Positions 38,936 through 48,812 of a DNA stretch of 64,000 bases are shown one piece after another; the stretch's first letter is position 1; each line of letters opens with the position of its first letter. Position numbers and translations under genes: made by a program. Under the pieces are notes generated by a model that made no database searches, was not told where the DNA came from, and was given only the letters and a program-made list of their open reading frames with translations. The stretch is taken from positions 1 through 64,000 of the IMG/VR virus record IMGVR_UViG_3300002092_001784. One strand, given 5' to 3'. This DNA comes from a virus (taxonomy: Duplodnaviria; Caudoviricetes).

Positions 38936-40039
38936 ATGGCAAAAAAAGAACTTGATTTAGCAGAAGTTCTAGCCGATTCCTTAAACAAACAGTCTAAAGA
39001 TCAAACAATCGCATACTTTTTAGATGCCGGAGATTCACCCGCTAATATAGCAGGGTGGATTTCCACCGGCGCATCTACTTTGGATATTGCGATTTCTAAT
39101 AGACCGTATGGTGGGTTTCCGGTTGGAAGAATTTCTGAGATTACTGGGTTGGAGCAGAGTGGAAAATCGTTACTTTCTGCTCATGCTTTGGCTGAAACTC
39201 AAAAATTAGGTGGGGTAGCTGTAATGATAGATACCGAAGCGGCAGTAAGTAGAGAATTTCTAACTGCCATTGGTGTAGATGTGAGTAAACTATTGTATGT
39301 ATCTACCGATTCTGTTGAACAGATTTTTGAATCAATCGAAACTATTATTGAAAAAGTTAGATTGGCTTCAAAAGATAGGTTTGTTACTATTGTGGTGGAT
39401 TCCGTTGCAGCAGCATCAACTAAGAAAGAGTTGGAAGCTGATTATGGTAAGGATGGATATGCAACTGATAAATCGATTATCATTTCCAAAGCAATGCGGA
39501 AGATTACAAATATGATAGCGAAACAGAAGATTGCAGTAATATTCACAAATCAGTTACGACAGAAAATGAACGCTATGCCGTTTTCAGACCCTTGGACTAC
39601 TTCGGGTGGTAAAGCATTGGCATTTCACGCATCAGTACGGTTACGGTTGAAAACTACTGGAAACATTAAGGTGGGTGACAGAATTGTAGGTATTAAAGTA
39701 CGATGTCAGGTTGTTAAAAACAGAATGGGACCACCGTTACGGTCTGCTGATTTTGATATATTCTTTGATAGGGGTATTGATAACTACGGTGCGTGGATAG
39801 CAATAATGAAAGAATCTGATTTACTGAAGCAGGGTGGTGCGTGGTATACTTATGTTGATACCGATACGGGAGAGGAAATTAAATTCCAAGCGAAGGATTT
39901 TGTAAGTATACTAAATAGTAGACCCGAAATCAAAGAACAGATGTACAATAGAATGTGTGAATGTCAAATAGTTCTTTATAAAAAGAACGGTGAGGCTGAA
40001 CTCATTGAAGATACGGATGTTGTTATTGACGAAGATTAA
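38936..40039 (+). CDS. uvsX: RecA/UvsX-like recombinase
   Basis: GLEQSGKS Walker A, IDTE, VVDSVA and GGKAL.F.AS.R motifs. Confidence 0.9.
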   Translation: MAKKELDLAEVLADSLNKQSKDQTIAYFLDAGDSPANIAGWISTGASTLDIAISNRPYGGFPVGRISEITGLEQSGKSLLSAHALAETQKLGGVAVMIDTEAAVSREFLTAIGVDVSKLLYVSTDSVEQIFESIETIIEKVRLASKDRFVTIVVDSVAAASTKKELEADYGKDGYATDKSIIISKAMRKITNMIAKQKIAVIFTNQLRQKMNAMPFSDPWTTSGGKALAFHASVRLRLKTTGNIKVGDRIVGIKVRCQVVKNRMGPPLRSADFDIFFDRGIDNYGAWIAIMKESDLLKQGGAWYTYVDTDTGEEIKFQAKDFVSILNSRPEIKEQMYNRMCECQIVLYKKNGEAELIEDTDVVIDED

Positions 40040-40054
40040 AACAAAAAATGTTAC

Positions 40055-41098
40055 ATGAAAGAACTTTATAAAAAGTTATTAACTGAAGTTACTACGGAGC
40101 ATGATACAAATGTATCACGCAACCGTAACGGTAAGGTTCTTGTTATTGACGGCACGAACACCTTCATCCGTTGTTGGACAACCAATCCTAGTATGAACGA
40201 AGATGGTGACCATACGGGTGGGGTTGTTGGTTCGTTAAACTCCATTGGAGCAATAATTAGACAATTTAACCCAACACGAGTAATTTTAGTATTCGATGGT
40301 AAGGGCGGTTCTGATTCAAGAAAAAAGATATTTGAAGGATATAAAGCAGGTAGAACTAAAAACAGATTTAGGGTAAACCGTCAGTATCCGGAAATGATGA
40401 ATGAAGAAGAAGAACACATTTCTATGAGACGGCAATTCGTTTGGTTGGCGGACATATTAGATAGTTTACCAATCACAACGATGGTATATGATGGGATAGA
40501 AGCAGATGATGTAATTAGTTATATTCCTATGGAATTGTTATCTGAAACAGATGAATGTATTATCAATTCAACTGATAAGGACTTTTTACAGCATATCAAT
40601 GACAACATAACCATATATTCCCCAACAAAAAAGAAATTATATACCAAAGATGTATTCTTTGAAGAATTTGGTATGTATCCTCAAAACTTTCTATTGTTTA
40701 GAACATTGGATAGTGATGCATCGGATAACATACCGGGAGTTAAGGGGGTTGGATTGAAAACATTTCTGAAACGATTTCCAGAATTTTCTGAAGATAGACT
40801 TATCACTTTTGATGAGTTTTTTAGTCTATGCGAACAACGTAAGGGTACATATAAAATTTATGATGATATTTTGGAACATAAGAATGATGTACTGCGTAAC
40901 AAAAAAATTATGCAGTTATCTGATTCCGTAATATCGGTTGATCAAAAACTTAAAATTTTGGATAGATTTAATGAACCAAATAAACGGTTTGATAAAATGA
41001 ATTTTCTTAGAGCAGGTTCTAAATATAAAATTCTTCAAAACTGGCGTGATATCAACGACTGGCTAAATTCCACATTTAATAACATTATAGTACAATAA
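40055..41098 (+). CDS. 5'-3' exonuclease/RNase H (FEN family)
   Basis: VIDG.N, VFDG, YKAGR, EADD, STDKDF and D.SDNIPGVKGVG motifs. Confidence 0.9.
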   Translation: MKELYKKLLTEVTTEHDTNVSRNRNGKVLVIDGTNTFIRCWTTNPSMNEDGDHTGGVVGSLNSIGAIIRQFNPTRVILVFDGKGGSDSRKKIFEGYKAGRTKNRFRVNRQYPEMMNEEEEHISMRRQFVWLADILDSLPITTMVYDGIEADDVISYIPMELLSETDECIINSTDKDFLQHINDNITIYSPTKKKLYTKDVFFEEFGMYPQNFLLFRTLDSDASDNIPGVKGVGLKTFLKRFPEFSEDRLITFDEFFSLCEQRKGTYKIYDDILEHKNDVLRNKKIMQLSDSVISVDQKLKILDRFNEPNKRFDKMNFLRAGSKYKILQNWRDINDWLNSTFNNIIVQ

Positions 41099-41099
41099 G

Positions 41100-42491
41100 A
41101 TGGCTCAATTGGATACATTAGAGAAATATGGTCATAGTTTTCAAGCAAAGGTATTAAGTGCTTTGCTCACCGATGCCAAATTGCTGGACACACTCGAAGA
41201 TATTGTTCATAAAAAGTTCTTTGAATCTGAAGTAAATAAATGGATAGTTGAGAGGATTAAAGAATATTACGAACAGTACAGAAAACCACCAACACTTGAT
41301 GTATTTAAGGTTGAGCTTGAGAAAGAACAAAATCCAACTCTTAAAAAAACAGTAGTAGAACAACTGAGAGTAATATATACTCAAATAGGGCAAGATGACT
41401 TACAATATGTAAAGGATGAATTTTCAGCATTTTGTATAAATCAAAACTTAAAGGAGGCTATAATACAATCCGTTGATTTACTAAAAGCTGGTAATTACGA
41501 TAAGATAAAGGACTTGGTTGACCGTGCTATGAAGGTGGGTAATGAACTACATTTAGGGCATGATTATATTAAGGATTATCTACTTCGAATTAATGAAGCC
41601 GATAGAAATACGGTAAGTACCGGTTGGGATGCTATTGATGAACTGATGGATGGTGGATTGGGGCCGGGAGAATTGGCAGTAATCGTAGCACCGTCTGGAG
41701 TTGGGAAAACTTGGGCATTGGTTGCATTAGGTGCGGCAGCGGTTAGAGCAGGTAAGAGTGTTGTTCATTATAGTTTGGAATTATCTGAGTATTATGTGGC
41801 TCAACGATATGATACGGTTTTTACACATATTCCATCTGCCGAATTGAAAGATAAAACAGATGAGGTGTATAGTAAAATACAAAAGTTATCGGGTAATCTG
41901 TTAATAGAGTATCTTGCCCCAAAAAGTGTATCATCGAAAAAGATACAGATGCATATTGAGCAGATGATAGCAGCCGGAAACAGACCGGATTTAATCATCA
42001 TAGATTACGCAGATTTACTTCTTTCACATTCCAATAAATCAGAAAGTACCTACGGAGAGCAAGGTGGTGTTTATATTGATTTGAGAGGTATGGGTGGTGA
42101 ATTGGGTATACCAATTTGGACGGCATCTCAAACCAATCGTTCTGGTATCGATAGTGAAATTATTGAAGCTGATAAGATTGCGGACAGTTATGCTAAAGTA
42201 ATGAACGCTGACTTTATTATGAGTATTAGTAGAAAGGCAAATGATAAATTGAATAATACTGCTCGTATTCATATAATGAAAAACAGATTCGGTCCTGATG
42301 GTCTTACATATCCATCAAAAATGGATACTAATAAAGGAATATTGGAAGTGTACGACTCCGCTTCAGCTGATGGTATGCTTGCACAAAAAGAAAGCAAAAA
42401 TGGGGTTGAAATGGAACGACAACTATTACATAAAAAATATGTAGAGGTTATGCCTTCCAAAACAGCACCACGTGTTGATGGCATGGGATAA
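41100..42491 (+). CDS. Replicative DnaB/gp41-like helicase
   Basis: APSGVGKT, YSLEL, IIDYADL, TASQ.NR and KNRFG motifs. Confidence 0.92.
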   Translation: MAQLDTLEKYGHSFQAKVLSALLTDAKLLDTLEDIVHKKFFESEVNKWIVERIKEYYEQYRKPPTLDVFKVELEKEQNPTLKKTVVEQLRVIYTQIGQDDLQYVKDEFSAFCINQNLKEAIIQSVDLLKAGNYDKIKDLVDRAMKVGNELHLGHDYIKDYLLRINEADRNTVSTGWDAIDELMDGGLGPGELAVIVAPSGVGKTWALVALGAAAVRAGKSVVHYSLELSEYYVAQRYDTVFTHIPSAELKDKTDEVYSKIQKLSGNLLIEYLAPKSVSSKKIQMHIEQMIAAGNRPDLIIIDYADLLLSHSNKSESTYGEQGGVYIDLRGMGGELGIPIWTASQTNRSGIDSEIIEADKIADSYAKVMNADFIMSISRKANDKLNNTARIHIMKNRFGPDGLTYPSKMDTNKGILEVYDSASADGMLAQKESKNGVEMERQLLHKKYVEVMPSKTAPRVDGMG

Positions 42492-42601
42492 TTGATATAC
42501 TTACTATTTATATTTAATGTATATAGTTGGATTGAATATCAATCCTTAAAAAATATTTTTACATAATGTAAAAATCAAGTTAAATTAAAAAAATAAAGAT
42601 T

Positions 42602-42778
42602 ATGGAAACAACAGAAAGTCAAAAATTATTTGAGCAGATTACAGCGTTATTTACGGAGTTCGAACGGGCTCATAACTCAACCAAAAAAGTTGATAAAGCA
42701 AAAGCCAGAAAGGCAATTGGTTCTATTAAAAAATTAGTAACCGATTATAATAAAGCATCCGTAGCAGAAAATAAGTAA
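42602..42778 (+). CDS. Small basic histone-H1/Hc1-like nucleoid protein (58 aa, absent from the ORF track)
   Basis: METTESQKLFEQITALFTEFERAHNSTKKVDKAKARKAIGSIKKLVTDYNKASVAENK; the ARK...(I/L)KKL...Y.KAS pattern resembles Hc1-type proteins. Confidence 0.55.
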   Translation: METTESQKLFEQITALFTEFERAHNSTKKVDKAKARKAIGSIKKLVTDYNKASVAENK

Positions 42779-42810
42779 CACAGTATCGTTATTTGTGGTA
42801 AATGTTAAAA

Positions 42811-42900
42811 TTTCGAGAAAATCCCAGTTTCTACTCAAAAAATGAGTAGTTTTATGATTCGACATGATATTTATGTTAGTATTTTGGGATTTTCTCGGAA
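42811..42900. other. Three-way-junction inverted-repeat structure upstream of the RNR gene
   Basis: A 16-bp outer stem (42811-26/42885-900) encloses CTACTCA-AAAAA-TGAGTAG and a second weak hairpin. Confidence 0.7.
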
Positions 42901-42937
42901 TATTTTTTTTACCACAAAACTAAAAAATTTACACATT

Positions 42938-44794
42938 ATGGACATTTCAACGCAAATTTTATCGGATGTGACCGTGTATATGAAGTACGCGAAATACAAA
43001 CCGGAGTTACAAAGAAGAGAAACATGGGAAGAGTTGGTTACCCGAAATATGGAGATGCATATTAAAAAATATCCAAATTTAGAACAAGAAATTAGAGAGA
43101 ACTATAAATACGTTTACAATAAAAAAGTTCTACCGTCAATGAGGTCGATGCAATTTGCAGGAAAACCTATTGAAATATCCCCAAATCGAATTTACAATTG
43201 CGCATTTGCTCCGATAGATGATTGGAGAGTATTCTCAGAAATTATGTTCCTATTGTTAGGTGGTACTGGGGTTGGGTATTCAGTTCAAAAACACCACGTA
43301 GAACAATTACCTGAAATCCGTAAGCCATCGATAGAAAAGACACGTAGATTTTTAATAGGTGATAGTATTGAAGGTTGGGCAGATGCAATATCGGTATTGA
43401 TTAAAGCATATTTCTTCGGAGGATCGAAACCTGTATTTGATTTTAGAGATATTCGTGTTAAAGGCGCAAGATTAGTTACTTCTGGTGGTAAGGCTCCCGG
43501 TCCTCAACCGTTAAAAGAATGTTTGATTAAAATCGAAGGTATTTTAGAATCCAAAAAGAATGGTGATAAACTTAAACCGATTGAAGTACATGATATTGTT
43601 TGTCACATTGCAGATGCAGTATTGGCAGGTGGTATTCGTAGAGCAGCATTGATTTCTTTATTTAGTGCAGATGATCAGGAAATGATTTCATGTAAATCTG
43701 GAGATTGGTGGGAACAAAACCCACAAAGAGGTAGAGCAAACAATTCAGCAGCACTGGTTAGGCATCGTATTACCAAAGAGTTCTTTATGGAACTATGGCA
43801 ACGTATTGAAGCAAGTGGCGCAGGTGAGCCGGGAATTTATCTTACAAATGATAAAGATTGGGGAACTAATCCTTGTGCCGAAATTTCATTAAGACCATTC
43901 CAATTTTGTAATCTATGTGAAGTAAACGTATCTGATGTTGAAACGCAAGAAGATTATAACAACAGAGTTAAAGCAGCAACATTTATCGGTACACTACAAG
44001 CTGGATATACTGATTTTCATTATCTACGTGATATTTGGAAACGTACAACTGAAAAAGACGCCTTAATTGGTGTTTCGATGACAGGTATTGGTAGTGGGGC
44101 AGTTCTAAAATTAGATATGAAGGCCGCAGCAAAAGCAGTAAAAGATGAAAATGCAAGAGTTGCAGAAATTTTGGGTATCAATAAGGCCGCAAGATTATCA
44201 ACTGTTAAACCCGCCGGAACAACTTCATTGGCATTGGGAACATCTTCTGGTGTGCATGCTTGGCACAATGATTATTACAAACGTAGAGTAAGGGTGGGTA
44301 AAAATGAATCAATCTATCATTATTTGGCGGTTAATCACCCAGAATTGGTTGAAGATGAATACTTCCGTCCACATGATACAGCAGTTATCACAATTCCACA
44401 AAAAGCACCAGAGGGAGCAATATTGAGAACTGAAAGTCCTTTCCAACTATTAGAACGTATAAAAAGAATACACGGTGAATGGATTAAACCCGGTCATAGA
44501 ACTGGTAGTAATTCACATAATGTATCGGCTACGGTATCGGTTAGGTCACATGAGTGGAAAGCAGTTGGTGAATGGATGTGGGAGAATCGGGATCATTACA
44601 ACGGTCTTTCGGTATTACCATTTTCAGACCACAGTTATAAACAAGCTCCTTTTGAGGATTGTACCAAAGAAGAATACGATGAATTGGTGAAATCTTTGAA
44701 AAATATCGATTTATCTCAAATAGTAGAGATTGAAGATTTAACTGATTTGAGTGGAGAAATTGCCTGTGGCGCTGATGGATGTGAGGTAAAATGA
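42938..44794 (+). CDS. nrdJ: Class II (B12-dependent) ribonucleotide reductase, monomeric type
   Basis: LPSMRSMQFAG, YNCAF, NPCAEI, CNL, VKPAGT and C-terminal CGADGC motifs. Start moved to MDISTQILSD. Confidence 0.85.
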   Translation: MDISTQILSDVTVYMKYAKYKPELQRRETWEELVTRNMEMHIKKYPNLEQEIRENYKYVYNKKVLPSMRSMQFAGKPIEISPNRIYNCAFAPIDDWRVFSEIMFLLLGGTGVGYSVQKHHVEQLPEIRKPSIEKTRRFLIGDSIEGWADAISVLIKAYFFGGSKPVFDFRDIRVKGARLVTSGGKAPGPQPLKECLIKIEGILESKKNGDKLKPIEVHDIVCHIADAVLAGGIRRAALISLFSADDQEMISCKSGDWWEQNPQRGRANNSAALVRHRITKEFFMELWQRIEASGAGEPGIYLTNDKDWGTNPCAEISLRPFQFCNLCEVNVSDVETQEDYNNRVKAATFIGTLQAGYTDFHYLRDIWKRTTEKDALIGVSMTGIGSGAVLKLDMKAAAKAVKDENARVAEILGINKAARLSTVKPAGTTSLALGTSSGVHAWHNDYYKRRVRVGKNESIYHYLAVNHPELVEDEYFRPHDTAVITIPQKAPEGAILRTESPFQLLERIKRIHGEWIKPGHRTGSNSHNVSATVSVRSHEWKAVGEWMWENRDHYNGLSVLPFSDHSYKQAPFEDCTKEEYDELVKSLKNIDLSQIVEIEDLTDLSGEIACGADGCEVK

Positions 44795-44801
44795 AAATGA
44801 T

Positions 44802-45002
44802 ATGATTAAAGTATGGGGATATCCGGGGGTTTCGTTTGAGAGCCCCCGTTGGGCGGAAGAGGATGAAAATCCAAGAGTTGAAACCGGTGATTGGGTAGTT
44901 TGTGATGGGGTATTGGTACAATATGATGATAATTTTTATCAGAAAATGCCTAATTACGGTTCAATGGTTAAAGTTAAAAAACCAAATTGGAAACACATAT
45001 AA
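44802..45002 (+). CDS. Hypothetical protein
   Basis: 66-aa ORF filling the gap between RNR and thioredoxin. Confidence 0.5.
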   Translation: MIKVWGYPGVSFESPRWAEEDENPRVETGDWVVCDGVLVQYDDNFYQKMPNYGSMVKVKKPNWKHI

Positions 45003-45006
45003 AATT

Positions 45007-45267
45007 ATGGTAACAGTAAAGAAATTTTCAGCAAGTTGGTGTGCCCCATGTAGGGTTTTAGCACCAATAATACAACAAGTAAAATCAGAAGTATCAGGTG
45101 TTCATTTTATGGATATTGATGTGGATGATAATCAAGAAATAACAGCAAAGTACGGAGTTCGTTCTGTACCTGTTGTTGTGATTGAAAAAGATGGAACTGA
45201 AGTTGCACGATTTGCAGGAGTTCAATCTAAATTGGCATACGTGAACGCAATTAATGCGGTTCTGTAA
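45007..45267 (+). CDS. trxA: Thioredoxin
   Basis: WCAPC active site and the cis-Pro VP motif; start ATG 45007. Confidence 0.9.
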   Translation: MVTVKKFSASWCAPCRVLAPIIQQVKSEVSGVHFMDIDVDDNQEITAKYGVRSVPVVVIEKDGTEVARFAGVQSKLAYVNAINAVL

Positions 45268-45289
45268 ACAAACTTAAAGGTTATACCAA

Positions 45290-45493
45290 ATGGGAGTGTT
45301 AAGAGGTGAGTCTCATCCGTCAGCAAAGTTGACGGATGAGCAGGTTTTGCAAATAAGAAAGTTATGGAATATGGGGCATCGAAACCTAAAAGTGATTGCC
45401 CGTAATAATCATGTATCGCCTGCAAATATTATGAAGATTATCCATTTCAAAACTTGGACACATCTAAATGAATTTTGGTCTGGAAGTTTATAA
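45290..45493 (+). CDS. Small DNA-binding protein resembling HNH-associated HTH domains
   Basis: GESHPSAKLTDEQV.QIR motif. Confidence 0.65.
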   Translation: MGVLRGESHPSAKLTDEQVLQIRKLWNMGHRNLKVIARNNHVSPANIMKIIHFKTWTHLNEFWSGSL

Positions 45494-45508
45494 GTTATAA
45501 AAAATAAT

Positions 45509-45547
45509 ATGAGTTACAAAGGACAAATAAAATTAATGTTTTTGTAA
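45509..45547 (+). pseudogene. Orphaned 5' fragment of the methyltransferase gene
   Basis: MSYKGQIKLMFL* versus MNYKGQIKLILGD at 46190; 22 of the first 24 nt are identical. Confidence 0.7.
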
Positions 45548-45603
45548 TTTCCTTATATTTATTTATGAAACAGTTTATATACTTTTAATTTTATAAATAA
45601 TAT

Positions 45604-46227
45604 ATGGAAACCGATAAACGCAAATTGTACAATCAAAGCTGGGAAAACCTAAAACTAGGACCAATTGGTGCATCTGAAAAGGCTAAAATCAATGGTATAT
45701 ATAAAAATTGTTTGAATTGTAACAAAGAATTTAGAGTATCACATTCTACCAGCAAAAAGAAATTTTGTAGTAAAGAATGTAAAGCAATAGGTCAATCATC
45801 TGGATTAACTGCACCAATGAGGTATGGAACAGGTAGAACAGCCATTCAAAAAATTATAGCTAATAAATATAATAGATATGTTTCGAAAGATGGTAATATC
45901 GGAATAAGTCGAACTGATTTTATTAAACTGATAGAAAGTGGAGAATGTTATTATTGTGGGTCTACCGTAACTGAAACTTTAGGATTTGATAGAATAGATA
46001 ATACAAAAGGTCATATAATTGGTAATGTCCTTATTTGCTGTGAGTTGTGTAATACAACAAAAGGGCATCGCTATTCAGTCGAACAAATGAAACAGTTGGG
46101 AAATTTAATAAAAACATTTAATTTGGATGGCTGGAGAACAATGGGTGAGTTACAATTGACAAAAATGAAAAAAACAAACGAAACGTTATATGAATTACAA
46201 AGGACAGATAAAACTGATATTGGGTGA
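45604..46227 (+). CDS. Free-standing His-Me-finger (HNH-like) homing endonuclease with zinc finger
   Basis: CLNC...FCSKEC; CYYCG...GFDRIDN..G...N...CCELCN..KG. Confidence 0.8.
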   Translation: METDKRKLYNQSWENLKLGPIGASEKAKINGIYKNCLNCNKEFRVSHSTSKKKFCSKECKAIGQSSGLTAPMRYGTGRTAIQKIIANKYNRYVSKDGNIGISRTDFIKLIESGECYYCGSTVTETLGFDRIDNTKGHIIGNVLICCELCNTTKGHRYSVEQMKQLGNLIKTFNLDGWRTMGELQLTKMKKTNETLYELQRTDKTDIG

Positions 46228-47587
46228 TTGTTTAGATAAGCTAAAAGAATTAGATGACAATTCCGTAGATAGTATCGTTACAGACCCACCATATGGATTG
46301 TCAGCAGCCAAAAATAGTGGTAACTCTTCGAAAGGTGGCTTTATGGGAAAATTGTGGGATTATGATGTCCCAACACAGGCCATTTGGGAGGAATGTCTAC
46401 GTGTATTAAAACCCGGAGGTCACCTATTGGCATTTGCAGGTAGTAGAACTTATCACCGAATGGCAGTTAGAATTGAAGATGCTGGGTTTGAAATCCGAGA
46501 TCAGATAATGTGGATATATGGAAGTGGATTTCCTAAGTCTATGGATATATCAAAACAGATTGATAAAAAGGCAGGAGTAGAAAGAGAAGTTATTGGACAA
46601 AAAATTAGAGGAAGTGTTGATTTGGCAAAACAATCTGGATCAACCTACGCCGTAGCAGATGCTAACAAGAATAATAAAGCTATATTTGGATATGGTGTGG
46701 AAAATTTAACTAAACCCGCAACCGATGGCGCAAAGAAATGGGAAGGTTGGGGTACTGCTCTTAAACCGGCACACGAACCAATAGTAATGGCACGCAAACC
46801 GATAGAAGAAAATACTGTTGCTGATAATGTACTAAAGTACGGAACTGGTGGTATAAATATAGATGGGTGTCGTGTTGAAACTGATGATAAATTAGATGGT
46901 GGCGCTACAAATGGTTCTGTATTGGATATTGATGGATTTGACAGACCGTGGATGCATGATGATGAAAAGATGATTGAGTTTCAACAAAAAATGCAAGATA
47001 AGGTCGAACATGCACAGAATTTAGGTAGGTTTCCCGCTAATGTTATTTTGGATGATGTTGCGGGCGAAATAATGGATGAACAAAGTGGTGTTACAAAAAG
47101 TGGAAAAATAAAGGAAGATAAATCGGCATATGATGGAGAATCAACCACTGGATTTTTAAGAGGTGTTAGTAATAGTACCAATCAGCATGGAGATACCGGC
47201 GGAGCATCTCGATTCTTCTATTGCCCAAAAGTATCAAAATCCGAAAGAAACGAAGGATTGGGTGGATTTGAACTAACTTCGGTTGAACCAAAACAAAACT
47301 TTCATCCTACCGTGAAACCAACAGACCTAATGGCATATTTGATTAGATTAGTGACACAACGTGGTGGTATCGTTTTAGACCCATTTATGGGTAGTGGTAG
47401 TACTGGTAAGGCAGCGGTGCGTGAAGGTATGAATTTTATTGGAATTGAAATGGAGCAGGATTATTTTGAACTTGCTGAAGCTAGGATTGATTGGGAAACT
47501 GAAAATCCGATGAAACCGAATAAAAAGAAATCAAATCCATTACTACCAACACCAACAAATAACACAGTTGAAACCGATTATTGGTAA
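46190..47587 (+). CDS. N6-adenine/N4-cytosine DNA methyltransferase, beta class, with large insertion
   Basis: TDPPYG precedes DPFMGSGSTG; HPTVKP motif. Confidence 0.92.
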   Translation: MNYKGQIKLILGDCLDKLKELDDNSVDSIVTDPPYGLSAAKNSGNSSKGGFMGKLWDYDVPTQAIWEECLRVLKPGGHLLAFAGSRTYHRMAVRIEDAGFEIRDQIMWIYGSGFPKSMDISKQIDKKAGVEREVIGQKIRGSVDLAKQSGSTYAVADANKNNKAIFGYGVENLTKPATDGAKKWEGWGTALKPAHEPIVMARKPIEENTVADNVLKYGTGGINIDGCRVETDDKLDGGATNGSVLDIDGFDRPWMHDDEKMIEFQQKMQDKVEHAQNLGRFPANVILDDVAGEIMDEQSGVTKSGKIKEDKSAYDGESTTGFLRGVSNSTNQHGDTGGASRFFYCPKVSKSERNEGLGGFELTSVEPKQNFHPTVKPTDLMAYLIRLVTQRGGIVLDPFMGSGSTGKAAVREGMNFIGIEMEQDYFELAEARIDWETENPMKPNKKKSNPLLPTPTNNTVETDYW

Positions 47588-47591
47588 TTAA

Positions 47592-47623
47592 TTTGGTAAT
47601 GTGAAATATTTTTTGTATATTTG
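47592..47623 (+). promoter_or_regulatory. Bacteroidota-type promoter
   Basis: TTTG-N20-TATATTTG. Confidence 0.8.
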
Positions 47624-47638
47624 AATAAATTATACAAT

Positions 47639-47935
47639 ATGGCAAAACAAGCTGATAACAGTAAAGACAAGTATGAATTAATTTTTGAAGATGAACAAGC
47701 CGTTTCCATTTGGAAATATGATCTGTCCAAAACTAAAGGTGGACCAATATCAGTAGAGTACAAATGGAAGGCCAGTTTCTTGAAAGAAGTAGAAGCAATT
47801 CGGAAAGCAGAAAGAGATGCTAAGAAAACGAAAAAATCAACTTTAGAGTTGGCAAGAGAAGCTAAGAAAAAGAAATCATCCGCAGAAAAAAAGCAAGAAA
47901 AGAAAGATAAATTTGACAAAAAGTTTTGGGCATGA
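47639..47935 (+). CDS. Hypothetical protein, Lys-rich tail ending KFWA
   Basis: ATG at 47639 follows the promoter. Confidence 0.65.
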   Translation: MAKQADNSKDKYELIFEDEQAVSIWKYDLSKTKGGPISVEYKWKASFLKEVEAIRKAERDAKKTKKSTLELAREAKKKKSSAEKKQEKKDKFDKKFWA

Positions 47936-48732
47936 GAGAAGATGGTAAGAATTATTGTGATGTTTCAAAAGTGTATATTGCTCCAATAGCCAAAAACATT
48001 GCCAAAGATATTATTGTACAAAAGCATTACACACATGCGTGGACAGCATGCCGATACGCATTGGGTATTTACTATAAAGCAGAAGATTCATATACTTTTG
48101 GTGGTGATAAATTGATAGGGTGTCTTATTTACGGATTTCCTGTTGGAGTTCAAGCAGCAACTTCGATTTGTGAAGGACTTAGTAAGGATAATGCATTAGA
48201 ATTAACCCGTTTATATTGTGATGATGGTTATGGCTCAAATATTGAATCATACGCAATCGGACAATCATTCAAATGGCTGAAAGAAAATGATAAAAACATC
48301 AAACTACTTTTATCATATGCAGATGCAGGACAAGAACATTTAGGTGGTATCTATCAGGCTACCAACTGGATATATCAGGGAACATCAGCAGATATAGCAT
48401 TAATGCCTAATTGGAGAATATCATTACACAATGACCCATATGATTGGATTCACAGTAGGACTGTATTCTCAATGTGGGGTAGTGGTAATTTAGACCACCT
48501 AAAAAGGGAGATCGGTAAGCAAGGGTATAAAGAGTTCTGGCGAAAAATGGAATCGCCTAAACACCGTTATATTCAAATACTTGCGCAAGATAAAAAAGAA
48601 AAGAAGGAATTGATGAAGAAACTCAAACACGAAATCAAACCTTATCCAAAGAGTACCGATGAATTTAATACTGAAATAGTTCATCATTTAACAACATACG
48701 AAGTGCCTGCTGGGGCTGAAAACTTTTGGTAA
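47932..48732 (+). CDS. Mom-like GNAT-fold DNA modification protein
   Basis: KHY, LELTRL, SYAD..Q.H.G.IYQATNW.Y.G motifs; ATGA overlap with the previous gene. Confidence 0.8.
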   Translation: MREDGKNYCDVSKVYIAPIAKNIAKDIIVQKHYTHAWTACRYALGIYYKAEDSYTFGGDKLIGCLIYGFPVGVQAATSICEGLSKDNALELTRLYCDDGYGSNIESYAIGQSFKWLKENDKNIKLLLSYADAGQEHLGGIYQATNWIYQGTSADIALMPNWRISLHNDPYDWIHSRTVFSMWGSGNLDHLKREIGKQGYKEFWRKMESPKHRYIQILAQDKKEKKELMKKLKHEIKPYPKSTDEFNTEIVHHLTTYEVPAGAENFW

Positions 48733-48759
48733 CATTTAACATTAACTTAACATTAAAAG

Positions 48760-48791
48760 TTTGGAAAGTCAAAATAAATGTTGTATATTTG
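48760..48791 (+). promoter_or_regulatory. Bacteroidota-type promoter
   Basis: TTTG-N20-TATATTTG. Confidence 0.8.
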
Positions 48792-48812
48792 AATATAATC
48801 ATTGGGAGTTAT

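Noticed and set aside
42781-42937. Cobalamin riboswitch upstream of nrdJ
   Set aside because: The characteristic GGGAA/GCCACUG B12-box elements are not recognisable and the region is short and AT-rich.
45509-46227. Group I intron in the methyltransferase gene
   Set aside because: Only about 60 nt of AT-rich non-coding sequence is present, too little for a ribozyme core, and the downstream copy has its own complete start.
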